A stretch of DNA of 64,000 bases from a virus (Duplodnaviria > Caudoviricetes): positions 45,801 to 109,800 of IMG/VR virus record IMGVR_UViG_3300021387_000106. The stretch is one strand, 5' to 3'. This document shows, one piece after another, positions 58,060 through 64,000 of the stretch. A program made the translations under genes and the position numbers. A model generated the notes under the pieces. The model did not search any database. It was given only the letters and a program-made list of their open reading frames with translations, and was not told the DNA's origin. Within the stretch, counting starts at the first letter, position 1; each line of letters starts with the position of its first letter.

Positions 58060-58467
58060 ATGGAGAAAACAAATTTATGGCCCAGACCATTAGACGAAAA
58101 GAATCTAACAACGGACTGGATTGAAGAAATGTTTGAAAGTGGCGGTTGGATGCCTACACCTTACTGCAAGAATGGTACATATCAGTATCTCACTTACATT
58201 GGCGAAACACTGGTTAAAGTTTCGTGGAAATTTGGCGAGAATCAGCTATCATTTATCGTACTTGTAGATATTGAGGGTTGTGATAAATATCTCAGTGAAA
58301 AGGCAAAGACAGCCATTGATAAGATTATTTCTATGATTGAGAATTGGGAGAAAGAAGTCAATGAGTACGCATCTGAGAGTTGTGAGGATATGCTTACTAT
58401 CCGCTACAATGAGGAAAAGAATCGTATTGATTTATTCTTCTACTGGTTGCCAAGCGAATCTCGCTAA
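58060..58467 (+). CDS. Hypothetical acidic protein
   Basis: Follows a hairpin-leader element. Confidence 0.7.
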   Translation: MEKTNLWPRPLDEKNLTTDWIEEMFESGGWMPTPYCKNGTYQYLTYIGETLVKVSWKFGENQLSFIVLVDIEGCDKYLSEKAKTAIDKIISMIENWEKEVNEYASESCEDMLTIRYNEEKNRIDLFFYWLPSESR

Positions 58468-58525
58468 TCGCTTGCACTCTCTTAATTGAGGGTGCGAGTA
58501 CAATTACATTTAAACTCAAAGAATT

Positions 58526-58666
58526 ATGGATGAATACAGAAAAGAACAAATCGAGGCTTTGGAAAAAGCTATTGAGTATTGTGAGAAAGGCGGTTGTACT
58601 GACGTTATACCTCGTATCAACCTGAGAATACACTGGTTAAAAGAAAATTGCAATTTCTACGATTAA
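58526..58666 (+). CDS. Small hypothetical protein (46 aa, below ORF-track cutoff)
   Basis: ATG follows the hairpin-leader element with loop at 58482. Confidence 0.55.
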   Translation: MDEYRKEQIEALEKAIEYCEKGGCTDVIPRINLRIHWLKENCNFYD

Positions 58667-58678
58667 AATGCTGATTCT

Positions 58679-58894
58679 ATGACTATCGGTTACTTTTACA
58701 AAGAGTATGTGATAAACGGAACAAAGTATTTCGTTTCTCAGTATGCAGATAAACCACATTTCGTAAAGCTATGGGAATATGGCTACGTTTATGAGAACTA
58801 TCGTATTGGCAATATGGTTTATCCTACAATGTGCGTCTCTATCAGTCGTGGGCTACGCTCACGTCCGAATCTCAAAAGACTATTCGGTGGTTAG
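58679..58894 (+). CDS. Hypothetical protein
   Basis: Its stop is the TAG of the hairpin loop at 58891. Confidence 0.6.
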   Translation: MTIGYFYKEYVINGTKYFVSQYADKPHFVKLWEYGYVYENYRIGNMVYPTMCVSISRGLRSRPNLKRLFGG

Positions 58895-58931
58895 TTCCAC
58901 TGGATAGCACATTAACTTAAACTCAGTAATT

Positions 58932-59198
58932 ATGAAGAAATTTAAATTCTACAAATGCCTATCAAGTCATGGTGTTTTCTTGGTAGCAAGAGATTGGGCG
59001 AATAACATTCTTGCAGAGTATTATCCACTCTACAAGGAGTTTCATCTAATCGACAAAAGCTATCCTGAACTGGAGCGTTATATGCGCTCTTACCATTTCG
59101 ACCATCAATTCGACGAGATTCCGAGATTCCGTCAGATGAACGAGTTCTTACTAAACAAAAGGAGAAATAACTATGCACTACAAGGATTACGACATTAA
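58932..59198 (+). CDS. Hypothetical protein
   Basis: Follows a hairpin-leader element. Confidence 0.6.
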   Translation: MKKFKFYKCLSSHGVFLVARDWANNILAEYYPLYKEFHLIDKSYPELERYMRSYHFDHQFDEIPRFRQMNEFLLNKRRNNYALQGLRH

Positions 59199-59523
59199 CA
59201 TTCGCATCAACATCAAGAGTTGGTTGTTAGGTGCTTACTCTCTTAGGAAGTTGCAGGAGTTTACCTATCTCGCAAGCGAGTTTGGTATGCACCCAAAGAC
59301 AAAGAATTGCTTTGAATACGGAAAGGCAGCATGATTAAGATTAGCGGACAGAGGATTAATCAAGAATATCTCAAACAAGATTTCTATCCTCACGAAATGG
59401 CAAATGGCACTATCATTATGGTTTCCTACGATGGTCGCTATTATTATTGATTTGTTCTTTTACCTACAAAGCTATCCTGATTAGGTTCGGGATTGCTTAC
59501 CATTAACTTTAACTCAATGAATT

Positions 59524-59841
59524 ATGTTACGGAAAGAACTTGTTGCAAAATTGGAATCTTTGGTACATAACAGATATTCCAAAGAGAGTTTAACCAAGAG
59601 GATTAATGAAATCTTTGGTGTAAATGACATCGAAATTGACTGGCATTGCTTTGAGGAAGAGCCATTCCTTACTGATTTTAATGCTATGTTCACTACCTAC
59701 GACAACGAAAAGGTTGCAAAGAATCTACGTGGAGATTTCGACATCTACTATTTAGAGTGCAAACAACCCAATCACATGAGCATGGAAGTTTACGTTACTG
59801 AGGTCGGCTACGAATTTAAGTACCGCCATTTCGATAAGTAA
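59524..59841 (+). CDS. Hypothetical protein
   Basis: Follows a hairpin-leader element. Confidence 0.7.
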   Translation: MLRKELVAKLESLVHNRYSKESLTKRINEIFGVNDIEIDWHCFEEEPFLTDFNAMFTTYDNEKVAKNLRGDFDIYYLECKQPNHMSMEVYVTEVGYEFKYRHFDK

Positions 59842-59916
59842 CATTACCTCTCTAATCTTACCCTTATCAGTTTAAGGGTGGGATTCCAATATTTATTAAC
59901 TTAAACTCAATAGATT

Positions 59917-60105
59917 ATGAACGAAAAATTAATGTGGCTTTTGGAGATTCACTTTAATCTCTTTCACTCTGATTTAATCAGCAGAGCATTTCACGATGAC
60001 AATGTATCTCTCGAAGATTTCATTTCCGGCTGCGAGAAAATAGGACTTGCAGAGAATGAAGATGAAGATTGCGAGTTTGTACCTGATGAATTTAAAAACG
60101 TGTAA
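59917..60105 (+). CDS. Hypothetical acidic protein
   Basis: Follows a hairpin-leader element. Confidence 0.6.
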   Translation: MNEKLMWLLEIHFNLFHSDLISRAFHDDNVSLEDFISGCEKIGLAENEDEDCEFVPDEFKNV

Positions 60106-60108
60106 GCT

Positions 60109-60606
60109 ATGAATAAGGAAGAAATTATCAAGCAGGCTAAAGAAGAGTTCAAAGATTTCTGTGCCGTTTTCTTGGGTAAGTCACTCGACGAAGTAGATAA
60201 TATCGTTCAGAGAAACGAAAGATTCTGTTTCGGAAGTGCAGATCCAAACACTGAGGAAGATATGCGTGATATTAATTACAAGCATATTCTTGCTACCGTT
60301 TGCCGAATTAACGGCAAAATGCGAATCTCAGAAAATGTGGAGTATTATCCTGATGATAGTTCAGAGTGTATTCGACTTGAATTGCCAGTGCTTGCAAAGC
60401 GTACTATAAAGATTGAAGTAGAAATCGAGTACGAGTATAACGTAAATCATCGTGCTTTGGTTGGTATGGATGAATCTTACATCGACGCTTGCGCAAAGGA
60501 CTTAGCCATTCAGCCTAATGGTAACTCTATCGTGGATGGTGTGAAACTGATTCACGTCTGCAATCGTGAAGAAAATGCCTGGTGGCTTATCAATAACGAT
60601 AAGTAA
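60109..60606 (+). CDS. Hypothetical protein
   Basis: Starts 3 bp after the upstream stop. Confidence 0.7.
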   Translation: MNKEEIIKQAKEEFKDFCAVFLGKSLDEVDNIVQRNERFCFGSADPNTEEDMRDINYKHILATVCRINGKMRISENVEYYPDDSSECIRLELPVLAKRTIKIEVEIEYEYNVNHRALVGMDESYIDACAKDLAIQPNGNSIVDGVKLIHVCNREENAWWLINNDK

Positions 60607-60661
60607 CTACTGGAGAGCGTGATTAGTTTCACGCTTTCTTGCTAATATAAACTCAATAATT

Positions 60662-60952
60662 ATGGAAACAAAAGAATGGTACATCAAGCATGGTTATACG
60701 AGTGAAGAGTATGCTAACCTCATGCGCTTTCACTCAGACCATAAGCGACGCATGGAAAAGCGACGTGCAATAACGAGAATCTGCAATCAGTTAGGACTAC
60801 AATTCCTTTCGTGTGATAGGAGTGTGAACGCTGATAGCTTAGAGAGTATCAAGGCTGCAATATCGGTGCTTAGAAGTAAGAAAATAGAGCCAGTAAAGGT
60901 ATTAGTATCTACGTGTGGTAGTTATCAGTATTCCGCTTTCTATGATTTCTGA
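60662..60952 (+). CDS. Hypothetical protein
   Basis: Follows a hairpin-leader element. Confidence 0.65.
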   Translation: METKEWYIKHGYTSEEYANLMRFHSDHKRRMEKRRAITRICNQLGLQFLSCDRSVNADSLESIKAAISVLRSKKIEPVKVLVSTCGSYQYSAFYDF

Positions 60953-61005
60953 GGGTGCAATCAGTTTTGCACTCCCAGACTATGTTTCACTAAACGTTAT
61001 GAATT

Positions 61006-61251
61006 ATGGCAAAGGTTACTGTTATTTATCTTAGTGTGAATCCAAGTTTCTATGACGTGCATAAATTAGCGAAGTTATCCTTTGACGAGGCAAAGAAGTT
61101 CATTGAGGATGACACTATCGGAGCTTGCTCTCACAAAGTAGTTGAACTGGATATGACGAAGTTTGCAGACTACAATTATTGTGCTGATGGTGCTGACTTA
61201 GGCGACTGGACTGATTCACTCTTAATGTGGATTCGGGTTAGTGGAGATTAG
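61006..61251 (+). CDS. Hypothetical protein
   Basis: Follows a hairpin-leader element; its stop is the TAG of the next loop. Confidence 0.65.
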   Translation: MAKVTVIYLSVNPSFYDVHKLAKLSFDEAKKFIEDDTIGACSHKVVELDMTKFADYNYCADGADLGDWTDSLLMWIRVSGD

Positions 61252-61291
61252 TTTCTCCACCTTCCCCATAAATACTTAAACTCAAACGATT

Positions 61292-61546
61292 ATGAAAACA
61301 AAGTACGAAAACGGATTACTCACATTTACTGAGGATTCTAAGAACGAAAAGATTTTTAGTGTCAATGGTACGAAGTATGGCGACGGAGATAGATTTGTTC
61401 GCCTGATGACTGAAAATGAGTTGAAGGAAGAAATTCCTGACGATTCCGATTGGAGTATGCCATTCGACAAAATGGAAGTAGGAGATACATCTACCTATGG
61501 CTACTGGTTCTACGACAAAGCAAACGTTATTGTTCGTGTTGCCTGA
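61292..61546 (+). CDS. Hypothetical protein
   Basis: Follows a hairpin-leader element. Confidence 0.65.
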   Translation: MKTKYENGLLTFTEDSKNEKIFSVNGTKYGDGDRFVRLMTENELKEEIPDDSDWSMPFDKMEVGDTSTYGYWFYDKANVIVRVA

Positions 61547-61608
61547 CTACTGAGGAAAAGCGGATTAGTTTCCGCTTTCCTGCAATTATTAACTTAAACT
61601 CAATGATT

Positions 61609-61992
61609 ATGGATAAAGATTATTCTCACATGGCAGGTAAGCACATCGTTATTGATGGTGTGAATTACTTTAGTAATGAGTATTTCGGCGACGGACTTTC
61701 AAACGGCTACGTTTACAAGAATGAGCAAGCCTTTTGCGAGAATCCTGATGAAGTATGTTACATACCAGAAGCCGCTTTCTCTGATGCTACGCCAGTAACT
61801 ATCGACGGAGTGGATTACTACTCACAAGAGGAAGTTGGCGGTTACTCTCGAAACGACCTAAAGGATTTAGTGACAGACGAAGAAGGAAACTATTTCGAGG
61901 ATTCAGAAGGAACTCTTATCGACGAAGAGATTCTTTTCTACTCTATCTTTTGGTGTTGCCCTGAAACAAGGTTGAACGAAATATACGATTGA
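61609..61992 (+). CDS. Hypothetical highly acidic protein
   Basis: Start reassigned to the ATTATG; internal IDGVxY repeat. Confidence 0.7.
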   Translation: MDKDYSHMAGKHIVIDGVNYFSNEYFGDGLSNGYVYKNEQAFCENPDEVCYIPEAAFSDATPVTIDGVDYYSQEEVGGYSRNDLKDLVTDEEGNYFEDSEGTLIDEEILFYSIFWCCPETRLNEIYD

Positions 61993-61994
61993 CT

Positions 61995-62249
61995 ATGAAA
62001 AGAGAAAAAGTAAAAGAATTGCTTACTGAGCTTATCGAGAGAGATTTCACTATCGAAGAGATTTCAAACCTCATGGGCGACGTGAAAAATTATCTCGACG
62101 AAAAGAGAGAATCTGAGCGTAAAGAGGAAGATGAAGAATATCGGAAAATTCATGCTACAAGTATTCCTCTCTATCGTAAATGGTTGCAAGAAACTCTTGA
62201 TTCGTATGGACTTGACTACACTATTGAAGATTTTGAAGAAGAGTTCTGA
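61995..62249 (+). CDS. Hypothetical acidic protein
   Basis: Directly follows the upstream stop. Confidence 0.65.
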   Translation: MKREKVKELLTELIERDFTIEEISNLMGDVKNYLDEKRESERKEEDEEYRKIHATSIPLYRKWLQETLDSYGLDYTIEDFEEEF

Positions 62250-62312
62250 CTATCGGTTAAGCAGATTAGATTCTGCTTAATCACTATTATTTACCTTTAA
62301 AAGTTGTGAATT

Positions 62313-62615
62313 ATGGAACAGAATCAAATTTGCGTATTGTTTTGGGTAAAGTTTACTTTCAACTACCCCGACATCAAAGAAGTAATCAAGTGGATTTGTG
62401 AGAAAACCGACAAAAACTGGCTCTACGACCATCTTTTGAACAAATTCTATCACTTGTACGACACATTCGGCAGTCATGCAGTTATGGGAATGTTCTACTG
62501 CGAAATCGACAAGGATTTGCGCGACGCTCTCACGGAATACGCTCTGACTGTTTGGGCTCCCGTTGGTATGTGCCATACATACGAGGAAGTTAAAGGCCTG
62601 CTTGGAATCAAGTAA
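62313..62615 (+). CDS. Hypothetical protein
   Basis: Follows a hairpin-leader element. Confidence 0.7.
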   Translation: MEQNQICVLFWVKFTFNYPDIKEVIKWICEKTDKNWLYDHLLNKFYHLYDTFGSHAVMGMFYCEIDKDLRDALTEYALTVWAPVGMCHTYEEVKGLLGIK

Positions 62616-62682
62616 AGCAATCTCCAGTTCCTTTAGGTAGGACTGGAGAACGAATTTAGTATTAACTTAAACTCATTGAATT

Positions 62683-63132
62683 ATGAAATTTATCACAACT
62701 TTAACAGACATCACTCACGATGACTTAGTAAATCTGCTTTGTACTGCAACGTATGGTAGTAATTACTTTATGTGTGCTATCAAGAAAGCTGACTATTATG
62801 GTACTGAACTTGAAAATCCTGATGATTGCCGAGAAGATAAATGGGCGAAAGTCCTGCTATCGGGCAAGCCTATCATTGTCAGAGATTACTATGCAGAAGA
62901 TGACAAAGATTTCTACGGAAACTTGCCGCATGATTACGATTGGAACAAGGAATGTATGAACTACACCGTCACGCTCGACGACATCAAGAAAGGACTTGAA
63001 AGAATTTTCCGTGAAGGTGGTTGGGGTGCATCTTACGTTATGGACTTGGTAGAGGATAACGGAGGGTTTGACTTGGACGAAGCGGAATCTGTATTGCAGC
63101 GTATCATTTTCGGTCAAGAAATCTACGGCTAA
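62683..63132 (+). CDS. Hypothetical acidic protein
   Basis: Follows a hairpin-leader element; C-terminal D...AESVLQ..IFGQEIYG. Confidence 0.7.
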   Translation: MKFITTLTDITHDDLVNLLCTATYGSNYFMCAIKKADYYGTELENPDDCREDKWAKVLLSGKPIIVRDYYAEDDKDFYGNLPHDYDWNKECMNYTVTLDDIKKGLERIFREGGWGASYVMDLVEDNGGFDLDEAESVLQRIIFGQEIYG

Positions 63133-63189
63133 CAACTGAGGGAGATTAGTTTCTCCCTTGGTTACTATACTCACTTAAACTTATGAATT

Positions 63190-63408
63190 ATGAGAAGAAT
63201 TGATTTAATCAAATGTAAGGTTGCAAGATTGGAAGTGCTTACTGGCATTGACTTTCAAGTGCTTGGTTGTAATGGAGAGTATAGTGTAACTACTAAAAGT
63301 GGAGTTCCTATTACGGCTTTTAACTACATGGGCTACTATCGTAAATCCAAAGACTTAGAAATCTATCTCGACGGAGTGATTGCAGGACTTGAATTTAATC
63401 AGAAGTAG
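63190..63408 (+). CDS. Hypothetical protein
   Basis: Follows a hairpin-leader element. Confidence 0.65.
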   Translation: MRRIDLIKCKVARLEVLTGIDFQVLGCNGEYSVTTKSGVPITAFNYMGYYRKSKDLEIYLDGVIAGLEFNQK

Positions 63409-63410
63409 TT

Positions 63411-63638
63411 ATGTATATCGTTAAGACTAACTATCCAATGGCTATGCACGATGTTGCAGAGTTCAAAAGAAAACGTGACGCAATGCGACGCTTTGCGAGA
63501 TTCCAAAGGTTCTTTGATAAGAATCGTAATCCCTACAAGTTATTCATACGAAATGACGGAAAGAAGCCATTGAGAGGCAGAATCCAAGTGGAGTATGGCG
63601 GTTTTTACTATTACGTTGAACTTTATAAGAAGGACTGA
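63411..63638 (+). CDS. Hypothetical basic protein
   Basis: Tightly spaced in the operon. Confidence 0.6.
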   Translation: MYIVKTNYPMAMHDVAEFKRKRDAMRRFARFQRFFDKNRNPYKLFIRNDGKKPLRGRIQVEYGGFYYYVELYKKD

Positions 63639-63640
63639 CT

Positions 63641-63862
63641 ATGATGTTAGACAGAGAACAATTGTCATGTGACCACGAAATCGCATTGACTAACCTAATT
63701 GAACTCGTCAGAGATTTGGGTCTTTTCGAGGAAGATGAAAGCGATGACACGTCGCTAATCACAACTGGAAAGACTCTCAATCTCGAAACGTTTTCAAAGA
63801 ATGACTGGCTATTATGCCTTGATGCTATTGGGGAGAAGGAAAATCCCTTCACAAAGGGTTGA
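63641..63862 (+). CDS. Hypothetical acidic protein
   Basis: Tightly spaced; its stop lies in the left arm of the next hairpin. Confidence 0.6.
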   Translation: MMLDREQLSCDHEIALTNLIELVRDLGLFEEDESDDTSLITTGKTLNLETFSKNDWLLCLDAIGEKENPFTKG

Positions 63863-63915
63863 GGTGGTTAATTCCACCTCTGCCTACTATTGTTTAACTC
63901 AAAACTCTATGAATT

Positions 63916-64000
63916 ATGGCAAACTTAGATTTAATCCAGAAGCGTTTCAATGAAACAAGAAAGATTTTCGGACACAGCGACGAGATTACAACAGCCTCAG
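63916..64000 (+). CDS. Hypothetical protein (truncated by window edge)
   Basis: ATG follows the hairpin-leader element with loop at 63868. Confidence 0.55.
   Translation, partial: MANLDLIQKRFNETRKIFGHSDEITTAS

Larger units (their letters stand above)
49957..63918 (+). repeat. Array of about 30 intergenic stem-loop plus leader elements
   Basis: Loop starts at about 49968, 50331, 50694, 51150, 51566, 52160, 52843, 53085, 53631, 54149, 54409, 54975, 55415, 55849, 56137, 57123, 57725, 58017, 58482, 58891, 59481, 59867, 60623, 60961, 61248, 61565, 62266, 62633, 63146, 63868. Confidence 0.92.

Noticed and set aside
49957-63918. Hairpin array as a CRISPR array
   Set aside because: Stem sequences vary, the intervals are 250-1000 bp and contain whole genes, and no cas genes are present.
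49957-63918. Hairpins as ordinary intrinsic terminators
   Set aside because: They lack a 3' U-tract, and terminators do not normally conserve loop sequence and stem length this tightly. Terminators with U-tracts are visible elsewhere (266, 48658).
49957-63918. Classical integron attC sites
   Set aside because: No RYYYAAC/GTTRRRY boxes, the elements are only about 30 nt, and no IntI is in the window. A non-classical recombination role remains open.
1-64000. Stop-codon reassignment as seen in some gut phages
   Set aside because: Genes are full length under the standard code, and TAA, TAG and TGA all end well-packed ORFs.

Overview
The window is about 64 kb of a tailed dsDNA phage with a long tape measure (siphovirus-like), probably infecting Bacteroidales: it has TAnnTTTG -7 promoter elements and AT-rich leaders without Shine-Dalgarno sequences. 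From left to right: (1) a minus-strand lysis cassette; (2) a complete diversity-generating retroelement (DGR) inside the tail-fibre operon, ordered target gene/VR, hairpin, MutS-I-like accessory gene, TR, RT, with 17 of 17 TR/VR mismatches at template adenines; (3) tail-tip, tape-measure, tail, neck and capsid genes on the minus strand; (4) a plus-strand packaging block with an intein-containing TerL, portal and gpF-like genes; (5) a minus-strand block that starts with an SF3/D5-like helicase; (6) an AT-rich divergent region followed by an Ala/Glu/Lys gene built from GCTNAGG repeats; (7) a 15-kb plus-strand run of small unknown ORFs. The most striking unexplained structure is in (7). About 30 intergenic elements share fixed geometry: a ~12-bp stem of variable sequence rich in G-U pairs, a conserved UUAGUU hexaloop, a CNAT-type motif at a fixed distance, then a conserved TTAAACTCA...ATTATG leader. 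Other notable items are a 502-codon ORF that reads through the DGR TR and stays open across almost the whole RT gene in another frame, a 22-bp motif at a fixed distance from three promoters, and an Ala1 intein in the TerL Walker A motif. All calls come from reading the sequence by eye; no database searches were run.
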